Made by a program: the position numbers and the translations under genes. A stretch of DNA of 64,000 nt, from contig OZ244999.1 in NCBI GenBank assembly GCA_965223265.1, positions 7,392,001 through 7,456,000 on the forward strand, in the 5' to 3' direction. Of the stretch, positions 19,429-28,768 are shown one piece after another. Source of the DNA: Planctomycetota bacterium. GTDB taxonomy: Bacteria > Planctomycetota > UBA8108 > SXIK01. The notes beneath the pieces were generated by a model, which searched no databases, was not told where the DNA came from, and saw only the letters and a list, made by a program, of their open reading frames with translations. Position 1 is the first letter of the stretch. Each line of letters begins with the position of its first letter.

Positions 19429-20621
19429 ATACGAACGACTCTACGCGAGACAGAGACTCGGCTCTCGACTACTTTGCCGCCCGCGCCGATGATCTGTGCG
19501 ATCTCGTGAGCGAGCTCGCACACTTCGACACCCCGTCTCACGACGCCGACCAAATCAGCCGTTTCGTCGATTGCCTTGCGGCGCACCTGTCGGCAGCCGG
19601 CCTCTCCTGCGAGATCATCGCGGATCGTGGTGGTCCGCATCTCTACGCGCGTAAAGCTCCACTTCAGGTTGCCGAGGCGGCGCGGGACCGTCCCGCGGTA
19701 GTGCTCATCGGACACTCCGACACCGTTTGGCCGCGGGGTGAAGCCGAACGGCGGCCACCCACGGTGCGCAGCGGACACCTCTTCGGACCCGGTGTCTACG
19801 ACATGCGCGCCGGCCTCGCTCTGATCGTTGCCGTCGCGCGTTACCTGCGCGATGCGGCGGTAGAGCTGTCGTCCCCGCTGGACGTCTTTATCGGCGCCGA
19901 CGAAGAACTTGGAAGCCCTACAGCGAAACCGCACATGAAGAGACTCTGTGCGCAACAGTCTACGGCGCTAGTTCTCGAGCCTCCGACCGCCGCGGGCGAT
20001 CTCAAAGCAACGCGCAAGGGCGTCGGGCTCTACACGCTCGAGGTGATCGGCCTCGAGGCCCATGCGGGCGCAGAGCCGGAGAAAGGCGCCAGCGCGATAC
20101 ATGAACTTGTCAGCCACATCGCTGACCTTTCCCGATTGGCAGATCCGTCCCGAGGGATCACCGTCAACGTTGGCAAGATCGCGGGTGGGACCGCCTCGAA
20201 CGTCGTCGCTGGTCGAGCAGTTTGCGGCGTCGATTTTCGCTTTGACCATGAAGAGGATGGCGATGCAATTGACGCCAAAATGCGTACGCTCGCTGCACGC
20301 GACGCGCGCTGCCGTATCGAAGTTCGCGGCGAGATCATCTTTCCTCCGCTCGAGGCAACTCCACGCAATCAACGCGCAGCGCAGCGGGCTCTCGACGTCG
20401 CCCGTCGACTTGGATTGGTGCTGGGTGTCGGACACTCGGGCGGCGGCAGCGACGGATCGTATCTGTCGCAGATCGGGCTGGCAGTCGTCGACGGTCTCGG
20501 TGTGGATGGCGGTGGAGCCCACGCGCAGAACGAACATATCGTGCTCGAGCGTTTACCGATTCGTGCTGCACACTTGGCTGAACTCGTCATAGCTCTCTCG
20601 GAAGATCCCGTGGTAACATGA
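19425..20621 (+). CDS. M20 family metallopeptidase (carboxypeptidase G2-like)
   Basis: GHSDTVW, GPGVYDM, DEELGS, AHAG, GGGSDG, GAHAQNE. Confidence 0.92.
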   Translation: MNTNDSTRDRDSALDYFAARADDLCDLVSELAHFDTPSHDADQISRFVDCLAAHLSAAGLSCEIIADRGGPHLYARKAPLQVAEAARDRPAVVLIGHSDTVWPRGEAERRPPTVRSGHLFGPGVYDMRAGLALIVAVARYLRDAAVELSSPLDVFIGADEELGSPTAKPHMKRLCAQQSTALVLEPPTAAGDLKATRKGVGLYTLEVIGLEAHAGAEPEKGASAIHELVSHIADLSRLADPSRGITVNVGKIAGGTASNVVAGRAVCGVDFRFDHEEDGDAIDAKMRTLAARDARCRIEVRGEIIFPPLEATPRNQRAAQRALDVARRLGLVLGVGHSGGGSDGSYLSQIGLAVVDGLGVDGGGAHAQNEHIVLERLPIRAAHLAELVIALSEDPVVT

Positions 20622-20905
20622 TCGACATCGAGCCAACGCGGCCAAGTGAGGAAGAGAGTATGGGGATCTTTCGTCGCGGCCAGATCACACCACCGCGCCG
20701 TTTTCGCATCAAAGTTGTGACCAGCGACGGAACCGAACTCTATTGGCACAAAAACGGTCGACTCCACACCGTCGAAGAGGACGTCGCCGACATCTTCGTA
20801 GCGAAGTTCAACCCGGCTCTGTTTGAAATACTGCCGGACGGCAGTATGACGTCTCCGGGCCCAGACTCGATGCGGATCGATCGCTTGAGTAAGGAGCCGG
20901 TCTGA
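20618..20905 (+). CDS. Small hypothetical protein (95 aa), translationally coupled
   Basis: ATGA overlap with the M20 stop and TGATG overlap with the polX start; protein-like composition. Confidence 0.65.
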   Translation: MIDIEPTRPSEEESMGIFRRGQITPPRRFRIKVVTSDGTELYWHKNGRLHTVEEDVADIFVAKFNPALFEILPDGSMTSPGPDSMRIDRLSKEPV

Positions 20906-22671
20906 TGCCGAGGGATCGCACCCGGGGGTCGGCGACCGCGACCTCTGAAGTGGTGTCGAATTCGCGCATCGCAGGCGTTCTCTTCGAGCTCGCTGACGTC
21001 CTCGAAGTCAGTGGCGTCGACAGTTTTCGCGTGCGAGCCTATCGTTCGGCGGCCCGTCAAATCGAGAACTACGGCCAGCCGGTGTGCGAGCTCGCAGCCG
21101 GAGAAGGCATTCCTGCGCTGAAGAAAATCCCGTCGATCGGGGACAGCATGGCGAAAAAGATCCTGGAGATTTGCCGCACCGGGACGCTTGAGGCGCTCAC
21201 GCAGGCACGGCAGGAAACGCCCTACGAATTGACCGACCTACTTGGCATCGAGGGTCTCGGACCGAAGAAACTGCATATCCTCCACGCGCAGCTTGGCGTT
21301 CAAAACCTGGACGACCTGGAGCGGAGACTGCAGCAAGGGGAGGTTGCAGCTTTAGCCGGCTTCGGCAAGAAAACCGAAGCGAAGCTCCTGCACTCGATCG
21401 AGTTTTTTCGTCGTCGACTCGGCCGATGTCGTCGCGCGGACATCGAACCTATCGCCCTCGCGCTGCGCGACTCGTTGGCGCAGCTGAAGACGATCGAACG
21501 TGTCGAGATCGCAGGCAGCTTTCGGCGTGGGAAGGACACCATCGGCGACCTCGACATCCTCTGCGCAACAAGGGACCCGGCGGCGGTGATGACGTCGATT
21601 ACGGCGTTCCCCGAGCTGGCCGAGGTCATCGTCAGTGGCCCGACGAAGACATCGGTACGTCTCGACAACGGACTGCAGGTCGACGTGCGAGCGGTCGAGC
21701 CTGCCGCATTCGGCGCCGCGCTTCACTACTTCACGGGGTCGAAGGAGCACAACGTTGTGGTTCGCTCGATCGCGAAAGATGCGGGACTCAAGGTCAACGA
21801 GTACGGAGTGTTCCGCGGCGACGAGAGGATCGCCGGCGCAACCGAAGAGGAGATCTTTGGTGCCTTGGACCTCGAGTACGTTCGACCCGAGCTGCGCGAA
21901 GATCGGGGCGAATTCGAGGCGGCACGAAGTTCCACGCTGCCCGAGGCGCTCGAAGTCGAGGACATCCTTGGAGATCTCCAGATGCACTCGACGGCCAGTG
22001 ATGGCAAGAACAGCGTTGAGGAGATGGCGCGCGCCGCCAAAGAAGTCGGGCGCACCTACATCGCGATCACGGATCATTCGAAAGCAGTCACCGTAGCGAA
22101 TGGACTCGACGACGAGCGCATGCGTGCACACGCCGACGCGATTCGGCGCGTCAAGGTGCCTGGCATTCGAGTACTCGCCTCGGTCGAGGTCGACATCATG
22201 AAGGATGGTACACTCGATCTTGAGTCGACAACGCTGCGCGACCTCGACCTTGTGGTGGCGAGCGTTCACAGCCACATGAGCCTGCCCGCCGCCGAGCAGA
22301 CTTCGCGCATCCTTCGAGCCGTTGAGAGCGGACTGATTCACATTCTCGCACACCCCACGGGACGACTCTTGCAGCAGCGAGAACCGTTCCCGTTCGACGT
22401 GCAGGCGGTCATCAAAGCGTGTGTTCGGCATCGCGTCGCGCTCGAAATCAATGCCCATCCCGCACGACTCGATCTTGACGACGTCAACGCGCGCATGGCG
22501 CGCGACCTTGGCGCGCAGCTTGTGATTTCAACTGACGCGCATCGCGCCGAAGATCTCGCACTGATGCGCTTTGGTGTCACCGTGGCACGCCGCGCATGGC
22601 TGACGCGCGAGCACGTCCTCAACACGCGTCCGGTGGAAGAGTTCCTGGAGTGGTTTCGAGTTGACGACTGA
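20905..22671 (+). CDS. polX: DNA polymerase X / PHP 3'-5' exonuclease
   Basis: FRVRAY, GLGPKK, AGSFRRGKDTIGDLD, YFTGSKEHN, PHP motifs DLQMHSTASDG, ITDHS, HPTGR, STDAH. Confidence 0.96.
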   Translation: MPRDRTRGSATATSEVVSNSRIAGVLFELADVLEVSGVDSFRVRAYRSAARQIENYGQPVCELAAGEGIPALKKIPSIGDSMAKKILEICRTGTLEALTQARQETPYELTDLLGIEGLGPKKLHILHAQLGVQNLDDLERRLQQGEVAALAGFGKKTEAKLLHSIEFFRRRLGRCRRADIEPIALALRDSLAQLKTIERVEIAGSFRRGKDTIGDLDILCATRDPAAVMTSITAFPELAEVIVSGPTKTSVRLDNGLQVDVRAVEPAAFGAALHYFTGSKEHNVVVRSIAKDAGLKVNEYGVFRGDERIAGATEEEIFGALDLEYVRPELREDRGEFEAARSSTLPEALEVEDILGDLQMHSTASDGKNSVEEMARAAKEVGRTYIAITDHSKAVTVANGLDDERMRAHADAIRRVKVPGIRVLASVEVDIMKDGTLDLESTTLRDLDLVVASVHSHMSLPAAEQTSRILRAVESGLIHILAHPTGRLLQQREPFPFDVQAVIKACVRHRVALEINAHPARLDLDDVNARMARDLGAQLVISTDAHRAEDLALMRFGVTVARRAWLTREHVLNTRPVEEFLEWFRVDD

Positions 22672-22707
22672 TTCGACCGTTGAGGCCTCCCATCGTTCAT
22701 CGACTTC

Positions 22708-23352
22708 GTGTCCGCAGCGGACGGAAGCTGCCCCGCGCGGATCGCAGTGGCGAACCTAGTGCAACCGCGTCATACTGAATTCGGTCCGATTGATTCGAAT
22801 TCGCGTGGAGGCTCTCCTGTGCCAACGACCCGTGGCACCACAACCGAACGACGCTCGAGCTTGCTCGTCGCCGCAACGGTGGTCGTCGCTCTCGGCGCCC
22901 TCGGGGTGTCGCTCGTGCGCATGAAGCGACAAGCTGCAAACACACCCGCTGCGACCTCACCGCTCGGCGCAATCCCAGCCGCCACCGCACACCCCGGCGC
23001 ATCGCTGCCGGATATGAGTCAGCTGCAAAGCGTTGCCCACCGCGTCGTGGCTGCGTGGCGAGAGTCGGGTGAGGCGCCCACGCACCTGAGCGGTCTGCCA
23101 CCCGATCGTGAGAGCGAGCTCGCGCCACCCGGTTCCCCAGCTACTCTCGACCCGCCGCTCGATCCATGGGGCCGCGAATACATCTTGCACCGCCACCAAA
23201 GCGGCGACCGCACCGTTCTTTCTCTGATCACTCTGGGCGCGGACGGCGTTCCAGATGGCCAGGATCGAAACCGCGATCTATGGATCGAGATCGACCTCGA
23301 CTCGTACAACGCTGGAGACGACGGTCGCGAGCCGCCATCTGCGCACGAATGA
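22708..23352 (+). CDS. Membrane-anchored protein with GspG/T2SSG-like C-terminal motif
   Basis: One TM helix, then LDPWGREY..LITLGADGVPDGQDRNRDL, similar to the GspG C-terminus; start uncertain. Confidence 0.6.
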   Translation: MSAADGSCPARIAVANLVQPRHTEFGPIDSNSRGGSPVPTTRGTTTERRSSLLVAATVVVALGALGVSLVRMKRQAANTPAATSPLGAIPAATAHPGASLPDMSQLQSVAHRVVAAWRESGEAPTHLSGLPPDRESELAPPGSPATLDPPLDPWGREYILHRHQSGDRTVLSLITLGADGVPDGQDRNRDLWIEIDLDSYNAGDDGREPPSAHE

Positions 23353-23402
23353 GTAGGACAGCGGCCTGATTTCCTGCATCCGAAGATCACGAGGTCACGA
23401 GC

Positions 23403-25133
23403 TCATGAGTCGTCCTGTGGCGCCGCGCCATGATGACTCGCTTCTTCACCGGCGGCAGTCGGCTCGAAGATCAGAATGTGCTGGTGCGGCAGAAAAGTCT
23501 TCGTCTCCAGCCATCGGAACCCTAGAGCTTCCAGTTCGGCGATCGCTTGCAGCTGGGTCATGCGGTGCAGCGGTTTGATGCGTACGGTCGGGTCCTCACC
23601 ACGATACTCGACAAGGACCAAGCGCCCGGGGCAATCACTACTGCGACCCGGCCGGAGTGCCTGCCGCACCTTAGGCATCACACTGCCAGGATCCGACAGC
23701 TCGTGATAGACGTCGACCATGAGCACGAGGTGAACGCCGAAACTCGGGAGCTGCGGATCCTCTTCGCGCGCCAGAATCGGCACAATGTTCTCGACCCCGT
23801 CTCTTCGGGCCCGCTGCTTCAGGCGATCCAACATCTCCTTCTGGATATCAACTGCGAGAACCTTTCCCGTCGGCCCGACGTGTTTCGCCAGCCGCAGTGA
23901 AAAGTAGCCGACCCCGGCACCGAGGTCGACGACGGTGGCTCCGGTCGGGATAGCAAGAGCTTCGATCACCTTGTCGGGCTGCTCCTCGGCTTCACGTTCG
24001 TCCCGCACAAGCCAATCGGCGCCGTGAAAGCTCATGAACCGGGCGACTTGGCGGCCGCGGAAAAACCCAGCTGCCGGCGCAACACCACTCACCAAACCGG
24101 TGTCTCCTGGACCGAGATGTGCCGCGGCAACAGGCCAACGCGGCGGCAGCTCAACGCTGATCGCGTCCATCGACGTCGGGTGATTGCCGAACTGCACGGC
24201 GCGCGCGACGATCACGTCGAGCAGCGAGGTCGCGTCCGATTCGTCGGACGACCCAACGTCGACATGCGACGCGTCCGCCGAACGCGCGAGCGACGACGAC
24301 CGGGCAGCGAGCTCGAGTGCTAACACGGTGACGCGGCCGCGACCACGCGGCGACGTCCACAGCGCCGGCGGCCTGAGTGCCGGCGAGAGCGCGATAGGGT
24401 GTGATCCCGACGAGCTGGATCCCGCAGCATCAGAATCGAGAGAGTTGGGCTCCAGGCCGACCGCAAGCACACGACCGCGTCCGAGCGCCACCGATCGGGT
24501 CGCCGTCAGGCGAGCGCCGTCTGCCAAGAAATGCGTGATGCATTGCGTCACCGGATGCGTCTGGTCGAGCACCGCGACGGCAACCGCACCCGGCCGCGCC
24601 GCGGGCTTCCATTTCACCGGCTGATCGCTGCGCCCGATCAATCGCGAGTACGCCGCCAGCTCGGGGAAGGCGCTGGCCGCGCCGCCGACCGCCAGCAGGT
24701 GCCCACCGGCGCTGACGTAACCGCTGAGTGTTGCGACGAACTCTTCAGCATTGGCAGCGAACGCGCGACAGTCCTCACCGCCGACCAAAAGTGCGTCGAT
24801 GCGGTCGGCGGCCGGCTCGAGCGTTTGACGGTACCCCGACAGGACACGGGTGCGGCCTGCCAGCGTAGCTGCCGTCAGCTCAACCACTCGACCGGCGAGC
24901 CGCTGCGTCGCACGGTCGGTCGACGAGAAGTGAGCCACGACGAGCGCTCGCAAGCCAGCTCGTTCGGCCGGCGGGTTGACGGCATGAGCGCTACCTACGG
25001 GCGCGATCGTCAGCAGCCAGATGAGCCCTAATAGCCGCGGCGGTCGGGAAGCCGACCACAAGAGCTTCGCCGTGCTCCGCAGGCCCGAAAGGCGGCGATC
25101 GCAATCGTTCAAGGGAACACCGAACGTGAGCAT
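23403..25133 (-). CDS. ThuA-like domain fused to a class I SAM-dependent methyltransferase
   Basis: YVSAGGHLLAV, DQTHPVT and WTSPRGRGRV are ThuA-like; FFRGRQVARFM..ADWL..REAEEQP, VVDLGAGVGYF, MVDVYHE mark the methyltransferase. Confidence 0.75.
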   Translation of the reverse strand: MLTFGVPLNDCDRRLSGLRSTAKLLWSASRPPRLLGLIWLLTIAPVGSAHAVNPPAERAGLRALVVAHFSSTDRATQRLAGRVVELTAATLAGRTRVLSGYRQTLEPAADRIDALLVGGEDCRAFAANAEEFVATLSGYVSAGGHLLAVGGAASAFPELAAYSRLIGRSDQPVKWKPAARPGAVAVAVLDQTHPVTQCITHFLADGARLTATRSVALGRGRVLAVGLEPNSLDSDAAGSSSSGSHPIALSPALRPPALWTSPRGRGRVTVLALELAARSSSLARSADASHVDVGSSDESDATSLLDVIVARAVQFGNHPTSMDAISVELPPRWPVAAAHLGPGDTGLVSGVAPAAGFFRGRQVARFMSFHGADWLVRDEREAEEQPDKVIEALAIPTGATVVDLGAGVGYFSLRLAKHVGPTGKVLAVDIQKEMLDRLKQRARRDGVENIVPILAREEDPQLPSFGVHLVLMVDVYHELSDPGSVMPKVRQALRPGRSSDCPGRLVLVEYRGEDPTVRIKPLHRMTQLQAIAELEALGFRWLETKTFLPHQHILIFEPTAAGEEASHHGAAPQDDS

Positions 25134-25220
25134 TGCCGACGAAGCTCAAACTTCGCTGATTGCAGGCGGCGCACGCGGCTAACTCGCCCCTCGGCGCGCA
25201 GCACTACGGATGTTGGATCT

Positions 25221-25616
25221 CTATTCGGACGAAGATCCGTTCCAGTCCGGCGAGGATTGCGGTTGCCCTTCCCACCAATCGCGCCAGGTGCCCGCATAGT
25301 TCTTCACCCAATCTGCGGCCGCGGCTTCAGAACCGATATCGCGGCCGCACTCCTTGCTGAGGAAATACTTGTGTTTCTCGATTTCCCGCAGCTGATGCTC
25401 TGTGTCCCACTGCATCTTCTTGCGTCGCCACGCCTGAGCCACGCCGGACTCCCAGCTCTCGAGAGTCTCTTCGACACTCACCTCACGTTTAAGCTCGAGC
25501 GCGAGGTAAAAACGATGCTCCTGGATCGCACGCCGTTCGGAGAGCCAAAACCCATGAAGTAAGCGATGCGAGAGAAATTCGTCGTCCACTTGTTGATTGA
25601 CAGCGCGGGTAGTCAA
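25221..25616 (-). CDS. Small protein with two DUF4032-like repeats
   Basis: IQEHRFYLALELKREVSVEETLESW and IEKHKYFLSKECGRDIGSEAAAADWV. Confidence 0.65.
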   Translation of the reverse strand: MTTRAVNQQVDDEFLSHRLLHGFWLSERRAIQEHRFYLALELKREVSVEETLESWESGVAQAWRRKKMQWDTEHQLREIEKHKYFLSKECGRDIGSEAAAADWVKNYAGTWRDWWEGQPQSSPDWNGSSSE

Positions 25617-26037
25617 ACCGGGGAAACAGCTCGTGTTGTGACGGTCGGTCGAAACCGAAAGTTGCCGGAGGAGACGAACTCAACCTTCACTCTGCTTTCG
25701 AGAGAAACGACCGTGAAACTTGAGAACAAGGTTCTTCTCCAAAAGGACATGCCGATTCCTGGGAGGTGAACTCAACGCGATTTGCCGCTCCTGGCCGGCG
25801 TCCAACAGCCAACGGAAACCGTTTCGACTGACGGTCGCAGCTCCTCTCGAGCGCCCGAGAACGTGCTGCACTCAGCGCTACGGAGGTGACGCTTCGGCAC
25901 CAGCGAAGAAAACCGAACCGGCAAAGGTATTGTAACAGGAAACGTTTGAAGTCGACACCGCTTCCGGTTTTTTTCGGCGCGTGTTATCGGGCGGTCATGG
26001 GTGCAAGCCAATGCGAACGGCGGGCTCCGGCGCCCTG

Positions 26038-26835
26038 TCAGTCTGTCGACGAACCCCGAGGCGTGAACGTCTCGGTGAGTGGTGGCAATCGCGGGTTCGC
26101 CTGAGCGAAAAGCGTCAGGCTCGGCGCGGTGTCCACGTCCATGGTCGCGAGATCGCGCGTTCCCCACGACGGCTCGCAGCTGACCACCGCCCCCGCCTCC
26201 GCGGCGATGAGCACTCCTGCCGCGATGTCCCACGGATGCGCGCGGCAATAGCAGGCGACGAACGTCCCTTTGGCCAAATATGCCAGATTGACGATGAGGC
26301 TTCCCAAAATCCGCTGCTTCGCTGGAGTGTCGACGAAGTAGTGACGGTTGCAGCTCGACGTCGTCGCGATCGTCGTGAGCGACGAGTATTCCACCGCATC
26401 TGAGGTGCGGATCGAGACGCCATTGAGCGTCGCACCACTGTCGCGTTTGGCGTGGAACATCTCATCCAGCACGGGAAAGTAGATCCAGCCTTCTGCCACT
26501 CCGCGCGCATCACAGCGAGCCAGCGTCGGACCCCAGTAGGCAACCCCCTGAGTGAAATTCGTTGTACCGTCAATCGGGTCCAGAAGCCAATAGCGGCCAG
26601 ACGACCGCTTGACGTTTCCGTGTTCCTCGCCCAGAAAGCTGTCGTCCGGATAGTGCTCGGAGAGATACTTGAAGATCCGTGCCTCGCTCTCGACATCGTA
26701 CTTCGTGACAACGGTGCGCCCGTATCCGGCGTCGGCCTTGACGTCGATCTCGGAGTCACGCAGACTTTCGTATCCTTCGAGTTGGAAGCGTCCAACCTCT
26801 CTGAGCAGCTCAGCTATGGAGTCCGCTCTTTCCAT
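26038..26835 (-). CDS. Inositol monophosphatase family protein
   Basis: FLGEE, WLLDPIDGTTNF, PWDIAAGVLIAAEAG; SD gaggtg before ATG 26835. Confidence 0.93.
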   Translation of the reverse strand: MERADSIAELLREVGRFQLEGYESLRDSEIDVKADAGYGRTVVTKYDVESEARIFKYLSEHYPDDSFLGEEHGNVKRSSGRYWLLDPIDGTTNFTQGVAYWGPTLARCDARGVAEGWIYFPVLDEMFHAKRDSGATLNGVSIRTSDAVEYSSLTTIATTSSCNRHYFVDTPAKQRILGSLIVNLAYLAKGTFVACYCRAHPWDIAAGVLIAAEAGAVVSCEPSWGTRDLATMDVDTAPSLTLFAQANPRLPPLTETFTPRGSSTD

Positions 26836-26930
26836 GTGCACCTCGTTGAGTTGATCATAAGACGCCGGGACACTACCGCCTGAGAAACGCACTGGCTTCT
26901 CTCGCGTGCCCGATCCAGGGCATCCCATTC

Positions 26931-28763
26931 CTACTTTCGGTACTGCAGCTCGTAGAGTCGCGCGTAGATCCCACCTCGAGCCATGAGATCGGCATGTCGA
27001 CCGGACTCACGGATCTCGCCCTTGTGGAGTACAACGATACGATCGGCCCTTCGGATGGTCGACAATCGGTGCGCAATGACGATCGCCGTACGGTTTTCGA
27101 GAACTTTCTCGAGCGCGTCCTGGATCAACACTTCCGTTTCAGTGTCGACGTTCGCAGTGGCTTCGTCCAATACGAGAAAATCAGGTCCGTGCGCCAGTAC
27201 ACGCGCGAACGAAAGCAGCTGCTTTTCTCCTACCGAAAGCTCGCCTCCACGCTCGGCGAGCACATGCTCATATCCCGCCGGTAGCCTCTCGATGAATCGC
27301 TGCGCGTTGACGTGAACAGCGGCGCTCTCGATGTCCGCGTCGGTGATTGCTTCGTTGCCCAACCGGATGTTGTCGCGCACCGAGCGGGAGAACAGGAATA
27401 CGTCTTGAAGAACGATGCCGATTCTGCGCCGAAGATCACGCTTGGAGTAGGCTCGCACATCGAAGCCGTCGAGCGAAATGCTCCCTCGCTGCACGTCGTA
27501 AAGCCGGGTCAGCAGATTCACGATGGTGCTCTTACCGGCGCCGGTGGCACCAACGATGGCCACGACCTCCCCTGGCGCGACGTCAAAGCTGATGTCGCGG
27601 AGGACGAAGTCGTCGTCGCGGTACGCAAACCATACGTTTTCAAAACGCACACGACCGCTCAGTTTCTTCGGTAACGCATCGTCGCTCGGCGAACGTTTCA
27701 TTCCCGGCTGCGTGTCCAAGATCCCGAAAACCCTCTCGGCGGCGGCCATGGCCGATTGCAAAATGTTGTAGCGTTCCGCCATGTCGCGGATCGGCTGAAA
27801 GAAGCGCCCGAGGAAAACCCAGAAGAGGTAGAACTCGCCCCAACTAAGAGAACCGGCGTCAATCATTCCGCCGCCCATCCAAATGATCGCGACGAGCGTG
27901 AGCGTGCTGAGCAGCTCAACAGACGGAAAGTACAAGGCATATGCGTTCACCGTGCGTAGGAACGTCGTCAGATAGCGTTGGTTGATGTCACTGTATCGCT
28001 GCGCGGCTGCCTCCTGTCGATCAAAGAGCTGGATCACATTCATACCTTGAATCGACTCTTGGGTGTAGGCGTTCAGCTGCGAGAGGTGACGCCGCTGATC
28101 GCGATAGTAATCGCGTGCTTTGCTGCGGAATATGAACGTCGCCAAGAGCAGAAACGGCACGACCGCAAGTGTGACCAACGCCAGCTGGACGTTCTTCATG
28201 ACGAGCGCAACTGCGATGCCGATCAAGATCAACACGTCCGCAACAAACGTCACCACGCCGCTGGCCAGCAGCTCATTGAGCGCTTCGATGTCGCTCGTAA
28301 TCCGCGTCACGAGTCGTCCCACTGGGTTGCGGTCGTAGAAGGAAAGCGGTAGGCGTTGGAGATGGCGAAAAAGCTCCATACGCAGGTCAAGCATGACCAG
28401 CTGTCCGATCTTCGCCATCGAGTAGGCCTGTATGAACCGAAAGACGATGAGGGCGACTGAAGTGGCGACAAAAACGCCGCCGAGGAAGAGGAGCTGGCGA
28501 AAGTTCGCAGCCGATTCTTCAGGCGTCGAAGCCTCTGCACGGATGCTTGTCGCGAGCGGACCATCGATCGCGATCTGGCCGATGAATGGTCCGACGATGC
28601 TGAGGGCAGTGACGACCAGGATCAGCGCGAGCGTGCCCAAGATGCGCAGTTTGTAGGGTGCAGCGTAGCGCAAGAGCCTCGCCATGAGGTGGCGATCGAA
28701 GGCTTTGCCAACATGCACGTCGTCGTGCAGGAAGTCATCTGAACTGGAAGAGTGCTGGCTCAT
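26931..28763 (-). CDS. ABC exporter TMD-NBD half (MdlB/YheH-like)
   Basis: GATGAGKST, LSVGEKQL, LDEATANVD; N-terminal TM domain. Confidence 0.95.
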   Translation of the reverse strand: MSQHSSSSDDFLHDDVHVGKAFDRHLMARLLRYAAPYKLRILGTLALILVVTALSIVGPFIGQIAIDGPLATSIRAEASTPEESAANFRQLLFLGGVFVATSVALIVFRFIQAYSMAKIGQLVMLDLRMELFRHLQRLPLSFYDRNPVGRLVTRITSDIEALNELLASGVVTFVADVLILIGIAVALVMKNVQLALVTLAVVPFLLLATFIFRSKARDYYRDQRRHLSQLNAYTQESIQGMNVIQLFDRQEAAAQRYSDINQRYLTTFLRTVNAYALYFPSVELLSTLTLVAIIWMGGGMIDAGSLSWGEFYLFWVFLGRFFQPIRDMAERYNILQSAMAAAERVFGILDTQPGMKRSPSDDALPKKLSGRVRFENVWFAYRDDDFVLRDISFDVAPGEVVAIVGATGAGKSTIVNLLTRLYDVQRGSISLDGFDVRAYSKRDLRRRIGIVLQDVFLFSRSVRDNIRLGNEAITDADIESAAVHVNAQRFIERLPAGYEHVLAERGGELSVGEKQLLSFARVLAHGPDFLVLDEATANVDTETEVLIQDALEKVLENRTAIVIAHRLSTIRRADRIVVLHKGEIRESGRHADLMARGGIYARLYELQYRK

Positions 28764-28768
28764 CGCTG

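Noticed and set aside
13744-22458. Long antisense ORFs (e.g. 13744-14547, 14737-15762, 21352-22458)
   Set aside because: They are shadow frames opposite well-supported genes, as expected in high-GC DNA.
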